Below, one piece after another: positions 42,401 through 51,011 of a DNA stretch of 52,541 nucleotides; the stretch's first letter is position 1, and every line of letters begins with the position of its first letter. The position numbers were made by a program, and so were the translations under genes. The DNA comes from a virus. Where the stretch lies: the IMG/VR virus record IMGVR_UViG_3300029258_002096, positions 1 to 52,541 of that record, one strand, 5' to 3'. Under the pieces are notes generated by a model. It was not told the origin of the DNA. It was given only the letters and a program-made list of their open reading frames with translations, and did not search any database.

Positions 42401-42488
42401 GAGGGAGTGGCGGAAAGGGTTAGACGCAACCCGACGGGGCGTGTATCGGGGCCACGATACAGTGCAGGTTCGAATCCTGCCTCCCTCT
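42401..42488 (+). tRNA. type II tRNA-like RNA (Leu/Ser-like body) lacking a canonical anticodon arm
   Basis: Acceptor GAGGGAG/CTCCCTC; D arm GGCGGAA...GG..AGACGC; variable arm GTATCG/CGATAC; T arm GCAGG-TTCGAAT-CCTGC; anticodon region only about 14 nt; no encoded CCA. Confidence 0.7.
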
Positions 42489-42622
42489 CTATGGAGCGGG
42501 AAAATATCACAGTTTCGGGGTTGTTGGCAGCAGAGATGCTGTCCCGCTCCTACTTCCCCCCCAAGGCGGGCACGGCTGGTATACTCGTGGATGCTGGCCG
42601 TGCCATATTTTAAGAGGCAAAA

Positions 42623-42970
42623 ATGAATTGTAATAATGTGTATTGTATAAAATATAACGAGGATTGTGAGGGGAATTGTGCAATCTGGGATGCAGAAGAT
42701 AGGATTCATTGTTTGCCGAGAATTAAATTTGTAAAAGAAATCAAGGTGGGGAAATCTGGTGCGAATAGCCAGAACGAAGAGGCGAGGCAGGAACTGGACG
42801 AGGATGAGAAGGAACGAGTCCCATATTTAAGAAAGATAACTGAATATGAAGGGTTGGGCTGGTATTTAATTTTCCGTGACGGGGAATTTAAAACAACAGA
42901 ATGGGAATGTTATGTCAGGGAAGAGTTATCCGATGAGGGGGAGGTGTGGAAAATTGAAAGTTATGAATGA
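42623..42970 (+). CDS. hypothetical protein with Cys-rich N-terminus
   Basis: GAGG RBS. Confidence 0.55.
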   Translation: MNCNNVYCIKYNEDCEGNCAIWDAEDRIHCLPRIKFVKEIKVGKSGANSQNEEARQELDEDEKERVPYLRKITEYEGLGWYLIFRDGEFKTTEWECYVREELSDEGEVWKIESYE

Positions 42971-43040
42971 GAAGTCCGATCTAATGGAGCTTACAATGAA
43001 AATCATTTTTTTGATTCTTTTTTAAGGGGAGCGACGAGAG

Positions 43041-43472
43041 ATGACAAACCAAAAAGCCATATCAATGCTAATAGCTATGACGGGAAGCATAAAAGAAATT
43101 AGAGAGGATCACGAATTTACCGAAGCCATAAAAAAGGCAATTGAGGCATTGGAAACATTGCAAGGTGTATGTGATGGTTCGGCGACGCTTAATCCAATTG
43201 AGATATTTGATAGTATGGACATTGATGATGAGCGCAGTATCGTTGAAGCACTATATGAATTACAAAAAGGAAATATCTCATGTCGTGCTATGGCACAAAA
43301 GATTAGAGGTTTTGTAAAAGAGAATGAAAAATGGGAACCGGGAGCAAAATCCGCTGTTGAGCCGATTGGTAGCCAGGGTAGCGGATCGGTGATGAAGGTG
43401 GATGTCAAAAACTGGGATAGGGTGATAAAGAGATTTTGGGGATGGGTTGATAAAAGATACGGGTATAAGTGA
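43041..43472 (+). CDS. mosaic hypothetical protein
   Basis: ORF track; possible attC-arm remnant near 43349-43374. Confidence 0.55.
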   Translation: MTNQKAISMLIAMTGSIKEIREDHEFTEAIKKAIEALETLQGVCDGSATLNPIEIFDSMDIDDERSIVEALYELQKGNISCRAMAQKIRGFVKENEKWEPGAKSAVEPIGSQGSGSVMKVDVKNWDRVIKRFWGWVDKRYGYK

Positions 43473-43491
43473 ATATGGGAAGGATAAGTTA

Positions 43492-43926
43492 ATGAAAACC
43501 ATTTTTTTAATACTGCTGATTCCTACCATGCTTTCCGCTCAATCTTACAATGAATGGCATGGGATACGAATAAAACAGGGTGGGCCGGATTTCGACGGCT
43601 GGTCAATCGGGCACATGGCGGGAGGGATTGTGGGCTATGGTGGATTGAGGGCACTTAAAGTCAAACCCATCTACGCTGTGCTTGGAACTGTCGCCGGAGG
43701 ATATATCTATGAAATTTACAAGGACGGCCTCGGAAATAAAATCCCCCTCACAGGAGGGCGTGACCATCGAGGAGCCGACTTGAAAGGCGACCCTGTCTGG
43801 GTGGCAGTTGGCGGGTGTGTTGGCGTATTGCTTGAAGCATCTTTTAAGATTATCAAATTATCAGAGCGGAAACAAGTAGCCATAAATATGTCACCATGTA
43901 GAATTGCAATTCAGGTGCAAATATAA
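43492..43926 (+). CDS. exported/membrane protein (YfiM/VanZ-like)
   Basis: MKTIFLILLIPTMLSA signal; H..GG...YEIYKD...DL..D...G pattern. Confidence 0.55.
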   Translation: MKTIFLILLIPTMLSAQSYNEWHGIRIKQGGPDFDGWSIGHMAGGIVGYGGLRALKVKPIYAVLGTVAGGYIYEIYKDGLGNKIPLTGGRDHRGADLKGDPVWVAVGGCVGVLLEASFKIIKLSERKQVAINMSPCRIAIQVQI

Positions 43927-44082
43927 ATGACAAACCCATCCTTAGCTGCTTACCGCCGTAGGCGGTTGCAGGATAGGAGGAGTGACAAAGGGATGTCAAA
44001 CCCGAATAGGCATTCGTACAAATCACTCGCCGGACGGGCCGGAAACCGGAATCGAGGTACTTCGGGTGGATGGGTTTGTCAT
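43927..44082 (+). ncRNA. candidate structured ncRNA or miniature element closed by a perfect 15-bp stem
   Basis: ATGACAAACCCATCC 43927-43941/GGATGGGTTTGTCAT 44068-44082 with several internal hairpins. Confidence 0.55.
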
Positions 44083-44105
44083 AAATAAAAGCAAGGGGTG
44101 AAAAA

Positions 44106-44327
44106 ATGAACATGAAAGAATGGAATAAAGCGGTCGCGGAAATAAAGCGTCTTGCTTCTCAAGACGTTGTGCACTTGGACATTGGGGAAACGATTGTGCC
44201 AGGCGAAGAAGCAAAGGGGCCAAGTGTACGTATCTTAATAGGACACGATCCGGCCACGGAAATACGAGGGAATAATATCAGAGAAGCGCTCAATAAATTT
44301 CGGGCGTATATGGGAGGGAAATCATGA
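44106..44327 (+). CDS. hypothetical protein
   Basis: AAGGGG RBS. Confidence 0.6.
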   Translation: MNMKEWNKAVAEIKRLASQDVVHLDIGETIVPGEEAKGPSVRILIGHDPATEIRGNNIREALNKFRAYMGGKS

Positions 44328-44524
44328 GTCTTTTAGATGCTTTACAACAACAGATTAATCGCTTAGAAATGCTTTTGAGGGTAGCGCATCAAATAATCGA
44401 CGACCAACAAGAACGGCTTGCTCTTTTGGAACAAGAGGATGAATGGAGGGAGGAAAAGGCGTTTTTAGATGCACAGGATCGCTTGTTCAATGAAGGTGTT
44501 CGACAAGTACACGGAGAAACGTAA
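44324..44524 (+). CDS. coiled-coil hypothetical protein
   Basis: ATGA overlap. Confidence 0.6.
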   Translation: MSLLDALQQQINRLEMLLRVAHQIIDDQQERLALLEQEDEWREEKAFLDAQDRLFNEGVRQVHGET

Positions 44525-45366
44525 TGGCCAAGGTAAGAAGTTTAGAGATAGAAACATCTTTCGGCGGTGTAATTTCTGAAGCCCCCTTTGAAAACGTTAA
44601 GCCACTTTATCGAGATAAAATTATTATCGATATTGAAGAAGGGGACGATCCAGCCGAAATCAGAAAAAGTTATCGCAAGCTTTTGCAAGATGAACAAATC
44701 TGTGAATTTGATCTTTTGAAAAACAAATTGAAGTCCGATCTCCTTCAAATCCAATATCAAAATATCAAATTTAGAGAAAAAGGTGGAAAACAATATCCGC
44801 GAGTTTCATCCATTATTTATTGGATGAAAGACTGGCGAATCAGTGAATCCGATCTTGCTCAATATGCTGCTCGTGGTCATCTTATTCATAAGCTCTGTGA
44901 ATATTTTATCTATAATCAAATTTGGTTATCGTTAGAAGAGTTGGCAGAAAAAGACCCAGAATGTAATAAAGATATTACATTAATGCTCAGTGGGTCGCTT
45001 AAGCTCTCTGTGGATGATTGTAGTCATAAACAGTTTTTTGAAACACATGGTAAGGATTTCCAGTTTGATTTTGTTGAGGAAACCGTTTTCAACGAAGAAT
45101 ATTTTTATACCGGATGTTTCGACGGAGAAGGATTTTATAAAGGTAAAAAATCAATCATTGATCTCAAAACGGGTTCCTGGGAATGGAAACAGTTGGCAGC
45201 GTATGCGCGATGCAGGGATAAAATCGAACAATTGGTTATTTGTCCTGTTGGTCCTAACGATAACAAAAGTGGCGTGAAAAAACCCGTTGTTTGTACGAAC
45301 ATTGACATGGAATTTAATAATTTTTTGAAGGATAGGGCAGAGTTCAAAAAAAGATTTGGAATCTAA
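44524..45366 (+). CDS. PD-(D/E)XK exonuclease-like recombination protein
   Basis: YPRVSSI...RGHLIH...GCFDG...IIDLKTG...QLAAY. Confidence 0.8.
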   Translation: MAKVRSLEIETSFGGVISEAPFENVKPLYRDKIIIDIEEGDDPAEIRKSYRKLLQDEQICEFDLLKNKLKSDLLQIQYQNIKFREKGGKQYPRVSSIIYWMKDWRISESDLAQYAARGHLIHKLCEYFIYNQIWLSLEELAEKDPECNKDITLMLSGSLKLSVDDCSHKQFFETHGKDFQFDFVEETVFNEEYFYTGCFDGEGFYKGKKSIIDLKTGSWEWKQLAAYARCRDKIEQLVICPVGPNDNKSGVKKPVVCTNIDMEFNNFLKDRAEFKKRFGI

Positions 45367-45376
45367 GGAGGATAAT

Positions 45377-46021
45377 ATGGGACTGAATAAAGGCAGAGAT
45401 CGGACATTTTTAAATATTAGTTTTGGGCGTATTAGACAACGCTGTAAACCTGACCACCCCGAAGCGATAGGGCGAGAATTACAATCCGGTGAAAAAACGT
45501 ATGCGGTAGAATATACATCGGTCAGTGGTATACTTGAAGATATTCGATTTCGTGATGACCCACGTTATGGAAAATCGTGGAATCTTTATATCACCGACGG
45601 GGACGAAAAATTTGCGATTCAAGTTAAGGAAGATACGGCTTTCGGTAGTGCTTTATTAGAGCGGATACCAAATCTTGTAAGAAATCAATTTTATCTTTTT
45701 GCGCCCTATGATTTTGAAACACAAAAAGGAAAGCGCAAGCGTGGACTATCTATCAAAGACAAAAGCGGAGAGAAAATTTCCAGTTATTATAAAAAATTCA
45801 CAGAAAGGGAAGACGGGGGGTGGGATGTCGAAAATCTATATGGCTATCCAAGTTATGACGGAGATCGAAAAGATAAAGATGAGTTGAAAATCTATTTTAC
45901 TCGTCTTTTGAAGTTTTTGCGTGCCGAAGCCCTTAAACATATAGGTCAATTTCGGGATAACGACGAAAGTTCAAGCGATGATATACCAATCGGAGAGCCA
46001 GAAGAGGAATTGCCGTTTTGA
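45377..46021 (+). CDS. ssDNA-binding/annealing-like protein
   Basis: follows the exonuclease; acidic tail ending DDIPIGEPEEELPF; AAGGAGG RBS. Confidence 0.65.
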   Translation: MGLNKGRDRTFLNISFGRIRQRCKPDHPEAIGRELQSGEKTYAVEYTSVSGILEDIRFRDDPRYGKSWNLYITDGDEKFAIQVKEDTAFGSALLERIPNLVRNQFYLFAPYDFETQKGKRKRGLSIKDKSGEKISSYYKKFTEREDGGWDVENLYGYPSYDGDRKDKDELKIYFTRLLKFLRAEALKHIGQFRDNDESSSDDIPIGEPEEELPF

Positions 46022-46150
46022 TTCAAGGGGAAAAACCAAAGAAAAGCCTTGTGAGCATCCGTTCGTTGCTGTGACGATAGACGGAGAAGTATATTGTACT
46101 GAATGTGGCGAGCCTGTTGACCTTGATGAATTAACGGATGAATGTGAAAT

Positions 46151-46339
46151 TTGGGAAGAAGAATAGGTGAGGGTATTTTGATGGTTATTATAAAAAAATG
46201 TTTTTCCTGTGGCAAGGACGTAGACCCCGTTTCAGATTACTGTTATGGATGCGGGAATTATGTTTGTTTAGAATGTGCTAAAAAATATAGTCATTTTGCG
46301 GGCGGCGAGCACGGGAGAGGGAAAAAGAAAAAGAAATAG
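46151..46339 (+). CDS. Cys-rich zinc-finger hypothetical protein
   Basis: CFSC, CYGC and CLEC motifs. Confidence 0.5.
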   Translation: MGRRIGEGILMVIIKKCFSCGKDVDPVSDYCYGCGNYVCLECAKKYSHFAGGEHGRGKKKKK

Positions 46340-46365
46340 ATCACACCGTATGAGGATATATTTTA

Positions 46366-46644
46366 ATGGACTACAAACCCCGCTCTGAACTTGAAATAAT
46401 GTCAAGCGATGCCATAGATCGTTACAAAACAGAGCTTGAACAAAATCTAAAACAGATGATTGTCGAGCACGGAATTGTTGAACGACAAAAACTGGAAATC
46501 CAGAGAAAAATTATTGATTTGCAATCCCAGAAGAAAGACCTTGAGTTGAGTTTATCTAAATCGAGCGAAAATAAAAGAGTTTTACAAATAGAAATTGCAC
46601 TTGCAAAGTCAATGTTTTGGGCGGTGAAAAATGAAGGCGGATAA
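46366..46644 (+). CDS. coiled-coil hypothetical protein
   Basis: heptad pattern. Confidence 0.6.
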   Translation: MDYKPRSELEIMSSDAIDRYKTELEQNLKQMIVEHGIVERQKLEIQRKIIDLQSQKKDLELSLSKSSENKRVLQIEIALAKSMFWAVKNEGG

Positions 46645-46828
46645 AGGAGTTTACCGTTGCGTCTCCTGTGGCTTGGGATTTACGGAAGCTGAATACCTAA
46701 GAAGACATCTATTGACGAACTTCCAGTGTCGCGACCAATTGCTTTATATCTGTCTCAAAGAATCGTTCCCGTTAAGTATGTTGGATAATTGGTTAATGGG
46801 TGGGGAAAAACTATGTCAAAGGAATTAA
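46631..46828 (+). CDS. C2H2-like zinc-finger protein
   Basis: YRCVSCGLGFTEAEYLRRHL. Confidence 0.5.
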   Translation: MKADKGVYRCVSCGLGFTEAEYLRRHLLTNFQCRDQLLYICLKESFPLSMLDNWLMGGEKLCQRN

Positions 46829-46970
46829 TAATTAGAATTAAAGATTCCCGATTGCGACTCAGGAGTTTATATTATCAACTCCTAAGAAATAACATTGGAT
46901 ATGCTAAAACATTAAAAGATGAATTAGACGAATTGAAGGATATTATAAAAGAAATGGAGGGGGAGAAGCC

Positions 46971-47276
46971 TTGAAAACATATTACAAAATAAGATTATTC
47001 TTAAAAATTGTTTGGAGAAGATGGGAATACAAGCGACTAAAACTTATGGAGGACAATATGAAACTTGGTCAAGAGGTTGACTGGCAGGAAGTTGGGGCTG
47101 CGTTAGCGCATGCTGATGATGGCGAACAAGCCGAATGTTTAAAGGCATTCATCAAAGAATGTAAAACTTGGGGAACCCATTATGCGATTGAACAACAGCT
47201 TGCAAGTGTAAATTTTAAACTCACGCAAGAGGAACGCGAGATATTAGCAATGCTTGGCTATACCAAAGATGTATAG
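46971..47276 (+). CDS. hypothetical protein
   Basis: ORF track; a likely internal start follows GGAGG near 47050. Confidence 0.5.
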   Translation: MKTYYKIRLFLKIVWRRWEYKRLKLMEDNMKLGQEVDWQEVGAALAHADDGEQAECLKAFIKECKTWGTHYAIEQQLASVNFKLTQEEREILAMLGYTKDV

Positions 47277-47405
47277 TCACTGCTACCTTATAGATGGAAA
47301 ATGCCCGTTCTGTGTTGTTCATGATGGCGAATCAATTTGTTGTGAAGTATCTGGGACGGGAAAACACGGAAGAGCGAAAGAGAAGCGAACGAGGTTGATG
47401 ACAAA

Positions 47406-47918
47406 ATGTCCAAGAGAAAAGAAATAACAGATTTACCATTCGGGAAAGAAAAGATTGTAAGGCTTGACTGGCGAAAGCATGAAAAACGAATGGATGAAAA
47501 ATTTAGTATATTTCTAAAATTAGACCGCAACCTAATCTGTGAAAAATGTAATAAACCATATTTCATTCAAGATAATTTAAAGATTCCTCCCTCTATCCAG
47601 TGTAGCCATTATATAGGAAGAACCAAACGAAACACACGGTGGAGTCCGACGAATTGTTTTTGTCATTGTACCGGATGTCACCAATATCTTGGAAACAATC
47701 CACACGAATTCAGGAAATGGGTTTTAGATTACAGATTTCATGGATGTGTAAATAGGCTAATGATAATGGAACATTTTGGAAACGAGAAATTTAGAGGAGA
47801 TCGCGGTATCATTGAATTGTGGATTGAACGAAGGCTGGCCGAGGTCTTACCGACATGGCCAGTATTGGACTACCCTGTTTTAGATGAAATATATTACAAA
47901 TTAGGGATGAAAGAATAA
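47406..47918 (+). CDS. NinG-like HNH recombination endonuclease
   Basis: CEKC...QCSHYIGR...TRWSPTNCFCHCTGCHQY. Confidence 0.75.
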   Translation: MSKRKEITDLPFGKEKIVRLDWRKHEKRMDEKFSIFLKLDRNLICEKCNKPYFIQDNLKIPPSIQCSHYIGRTKRNTRWSPTNCFCHCTGCHQYLGNNPHEFRKWVLDYRFHGCVNRLMIMEHFGNEKFRGDRGIIELWIERRLAEVLPTWPVLDYPVLDEIYYKLGMKE

Positions 47919-48179
47919 ATGAAAATATTGGTTAAATGTGATTACTGCGGAAAAATGTTTTTAAAGAAAGAGTGGCAAGTAAAAACGTGTCGATTCCATT
48001 TTTGTTGTCCTCCGCATTTTTATTTATGGCGAGTTAACAAGCGTACTAATGGTCGTCCGGCTACGAGAAAATTTGAACGAATTAATAATAAACAGGTATA
48101 TTTCAGGATTACATCGAAGAGAGTCGGTCTTGCAGTTGGCCGACAGATGACGCGGTATTGCAAGGAGACGGGAAGCTAA
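47919..48179 (+). CDS. Cys-rich hypothetical protein
   Basis: CDYCGKMF...FCC. Confidence 0.55.
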   Translation: MKILVKCDYCGKMFLKKEWQVKTCRFHFCCPPHFYLWRVNKRTNGRPATRKFERINNKQVYFRITSKRVGLAVGRQMTRYCKETGS

Positions 48180-48182
48180 ACC

Positions 48183-48761
48183 ATGCGAGACACGGAATCA
48201 TACACCCAGACCCAAGAAATCCCGACAGTCGGGATATATGGGGCAAATACGGACGATCTCTTTGGGGCTCCGCCCCCGACTTGCGAATACCGATTCTGTG
48301 GTAAACCCATTCCCTCAGACAGGCTTCAGCGTCATGGGAAATACTGCTGCGACGAACACGGTGTACTTGAAAGAAGGTATCGGGCAGAAGATAGAAAGCA
48401 AAACGCCGTCCAAGAACGGCGGGAAGAGTTCCGTGAAGAAGCTGAGGAATTTTTGCGTCAAAATCCCGAAGTGCTAAAAGTCTTTGTCGCCTTAGCTCTT
48501 TTTTGTAAACGTAATGGGACAAAAGTCGGGGCAAAGGCTATCGTTGAAGTGATTCGCTGGTTTCGGAAATTTAATGGAAATCAGTTTAGAGAAATAGCCC
48601 TCATCTTGGAGGGGCTTGGCGAAATCCGGTCAGGTGGGCCGTATAAATTAAATGATCATTACACCAGATATTTTCGATTAATTGCCGAAGAGGAAGAGCC
48701 TGAGTTGGTTGGGTTTTTTGAGGACAGAGGAAAGAAAAAAAGCGGAGGAGAAAATGGATAA
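48183..48761 (+). CDS. hypothetical protein with zinc-binding N-terminus
   Basis: CEYRFCGK...KYCCDEH; helical C-terminal domain. Confidence 0.6.
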   Translation: MRDTESYTQTQEIPTVGIYGANTDDLFGAPPPTCEYRFCGKPIPSDRLQRHGKYCCDEHGVLERRYRAEDRKQNAVQERREEFREEAEEFLRQNPEVLKVFVALALFCKRNGTKVGAKAIVEVIRWFRKFNGNQFREIALILEGLGEIRSGGPYKLNDHYTRYFRLIAEEEEPELVGFFEDRGKKKSGGENG

Positions 48762-48936
48762 TTTTACAAAATACGAAACTGGATTAAAGGATGATCTTAT
48801 TAGGTTGCAAATTCCGTTACGCACAATAGAAGTTCTTATGGTTGTGTTTAAATCGATATATAAGCAGGGGGTGATAGATGGGATGGAGGAAAGCATAAAA
48901 AAATTTAGAGAACCAATCACAGAAGATAGAAGTTAA
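48754..48936 (+). CDS. hypothetical protein
   Basis: GGAGGAG RBS; ATG 48754. Confidence 0.55.
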   Translation: MDNFTKYETGLKDDLIRLQIPLRTIEVLMVVFKSIYKQGVIDGMEESIKKFREPITEDRS

Positions 48937-49415
48937 TGCCAAAACGTCAAACAGATACTGAAATATTAGACCAAGCTTGGTTTCAGGATATGTCATTGTC
49001 GTCAAAGGCTATTTGGTGGTTTTTGGAAAAGCGGGTGGATGTGGCCGGAATATGGAAATTAGATATAATCCAAATGAGACGTATTCTCAAATGTAAAATA
49101 AACATCGAACGCTTTTTAAGGGAAGTGAATAAAGACTACGACAAAATAACGGGTGAAAAAATAGATAAAAAAAGAGTCATACTTATAAACGGTGGCGCAA
49201 AAATATGGGTCGTAAACTTTCTCGCCTTCCAATGGGGAAACAGTAATAGCGTCGTCGATTTAAGATACGGTGCCGTGCGATCTGGCTTAAAAAAAATACA
49301 CGAACACGGTCTTCTGTCAATGGCATTAAAGGAAGGGTTTCTAAGGGTTCGGAAGGGTTCGGAAGGGGTAGAAGAAGAAAAAGAAATAGAAAAAGAAATA
49401 AAAAGACTTATCTAA
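48936..49415 (+). CDS. putative replication initiator/organiser N-terminal-type protein
   Basis: KR..DT....WF..S...K..W.FL...D.AGIW pattern; acidic/basic tail. Confidence 0.6.
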   Translation: MPKRQTDTEILDQAWFQDMSLSSKAIWWFLEKRVDVAGIWKLDIIQMRRILKCKINIERFLREVNKDYDKITGEKIDKKRVILINGGAKIWVVNFLAFQWGNSNSVVDLRYGAVRSGLKKIHEHGLLSMALKEGFLRVRKGSEGVEEEKEIEKEIKRLI

Positions 49416-49530
49416 TATCTCTTATTATATATTTTAAATTATTGTAGATATTAGATGAGCTAAAGCTCAGGAGAAAAATAATGGATAAAAAAGATGGTTG
49501 GTTGATAACCATTAAAACAACTGCGAATAA

Positions 49531-49600
49531 ATATAACGCCGGGATCACCGGCAGGAAGGAGCGGAGCGCATGACTGTCCGTGTGAATCCCGATGTTATAT
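49531..49600 (+). other. attC-like site (70 bp)
   Basis: ATATAAC; GGGATCACCGGCAG vs CTG[T]CCGTGTG[A]ATCCC; GCGGAGCGC centre; GTTATAT. Confidence 0.8.
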
Positions 49601-49992
49601 GTCCCGCGTGCGGTTGGCATGGTCCGCTGACACAAACCGACAATGGGGTCTGTCCACGGTGTGAATATGAGGTAAACGGCGGCGAGCCCTACAGGCTGAT
49701 GACGCTAGCCGAACTTCGCGAGTCAGAACATGGGGCCACATGGTGTGATGTAGACATGCGCGAGTTTCTGCGCGCGGTGGCTGAGGTAGAAGCAGATAAC
49801 GTCAAGCGTCAGGTAGCCGTCTCGCGTCGGCAGACCAACAGCGCTCGTGAACGCGGCCCTTCATGTTGTAGCCCTCCATCCGCTTGTTCGGCATGCCCTA
49901 CGTGTGGCCGCAGCAAGCCGGATTGGGCGGAGTATTGCTCTGAGGAATGTCGCTATGAGGACGAAACGGGGCATCCTGGTTGTGAATACTGA
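49570..49992 (+). CDS. Cys-rich ORF reading through two attC-like sites
   Basis: ATG inside attC 49531-49600; CPACG, CPRC and CPTCG modules. Confidence 0.55.
   Translation: MTVRVNPDVICPACGWHGPLTQTDNGVCPRCEYEVNGGEPYRLMTLAELRESEHGATWCDVDMREFLRAVAEVEADNVKRQVAVSRRQTNSARERGPSCCSPPSACSACPTCGRSKPDWAEYCSEECRYEDETGHPGCEY
49794..49892 (+). other. degenerate attC-like site
   Basis: AGATAACGTCAAGCGTCAGG...GCCCTCCATCCGCTTGTTCGGC; left part parallels 50384-50402. Confidence 0.55.
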
Positions 49993-50022
49993 GCGTCAAC
50001 TATTCGAGAATCTCGAACAGTT

Positions 50023-50080
50023 GCCGAACGGTTAGTTTCAGCGGTGCGCTTTTTGCATCCGCTGCAAACTTTTGTTATAC
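50023..50080 (+). other. attC-like site (58 bp)
   Basis: AGTTTCAGCGGTGC 50034-50047 pairs 14/14 with GCA[T]CCGCTG[C]AAACT 50055-50070; GCCGAAC/GTTATAC ends. Confidence 0.9.
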
Positions 50081-50107
50081 GGCGAACTTAACTAACAGGA
50101 GAAAACA

Positions 50108-50389
50108 ATGGAAAACAATAATCACTTAACACTTAAATGGGGCACACTGAAATCATGGAACTTTAAAGGCAATGAAGAAGCGTGCAAATTATTAAAACGT
50201 TACGGGGAAATCGGTTCATCATTCTCAGCGATGGCGCAAAATGATACGCCAGAACAAAAGGAAATAATTTGCAAGTTAATAGATTTGACACCAGGAGAAA
50301 TATATCTTGATTGGGACGGTGAATACGTTTCAAAAGAAAAAGCAAAAGAATATGTAATGAATTACGGCAAAGAAAAACAAGCCGTATAA
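50108..50389 (+). CDS. cassette-encoded hypothetical protein
   Basis: AGGAG RBS; stop inside GTATAAC. Confidence 0.8.
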   Translation: MENNNHLTLKWGTLKSWNFKGNEEACKLLKRYGEIGSSFSAMAQNDTPEQKEIICKLIDLTPGEIYLDWDGEYVSKEKAKEYVMNYGKEKQAV

Positions 50390-50440
50390 CGTCAAGGGTC
50401 AGGCGCGGCTTTAGCCGTCGCCTGAATCCGCTGGTTCGGC
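50384..50440 (+). other. attC-like site (57 bp)
   Basis: GGGTCAGGCGCGGCT vs AGCCG[T]CGCCTG[A]ATCC; GTATAAC/GTTCGGC ends. Confidence 0.85.
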
Positions 50441-50469
50441 TCCGGTTGGACTGGTGGAGGAGAGGACCA

Positions 50470-50976
50470 ATGAATCCAAAAGAAACACAACGCCGAGAAG
50501 AGATTGGTAAGATCGTTGCCAGCCTTGAACGGTTTGGGAAAATAGGCTGGTGGCAATTTGCGGCCTATCAACAGAAGAAATGGAGATTTGAACTTATATT
50601 ATATGTTATTGATATACTTTACGAAACAGAAAACTTAAGGAGGCGTATCCAGCATTTAGTTGAACAAAAAGAAATGGGCCAACTATACGGGGCGCTGACT
50701 TATTTTATTGATAAATATGCCGGAGAATATTCGGAGACACAGGGTCAAGAACAAAAGCAAGCCGCAAAGGAATGGGCCGACAAAATAGATATACCCATCG
50801 GCCAAAATCTTAAGTCAGACGATCAAATCCGGCTTGAAGGAGAACTTAAAAAACGCCAGCAGAGAGCGGATCAATATTTGCAGGACGGGGACATACATGG
50901 ATACAAAGACCTAAAGCGACAAATAAATAAAATAGAAATCCAGTTGAAGCGAATGGAAAAGCTTCAAAAATTTTAA
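50470..50976 (+). CDS. helical hypothetical protein
   Basis: GAGG RBS; ATG 50470. Confidence 0.6.
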   Translation: MNPKETQRREEIGKIVASLERFGKIGWWQFAAYQQKKWRFELILYVIDILYETENLRRRIQHLVEQKEMGQLYGALTYFIDKYAGEYSETQGQEQKQAAKEWADKIDIPIGQNLKSDDQIRLEGELKKRQQRADQYLQDGDIHGYKDLKRQINKIEIQLKRMEKLQKF

Positions 50977-51011
50977 GGAGGTACTGTTATACGTTTTCTT
51001 AGGAGGACTGA

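Noticed and set aside
42401-42488. Assignment as tRNA-Sec, a suppressor tRNA or a specific isoacceptor
   Set aside because: No definable anticodon; core genes are intact under the standard code, so there is no sign of stop-codon recoding
43927-44082. Autonomous IS element or hammerhead ribozyme
   Set aside because: No transposase, no clean target-site duplication, no CUGANGA/GAAA core
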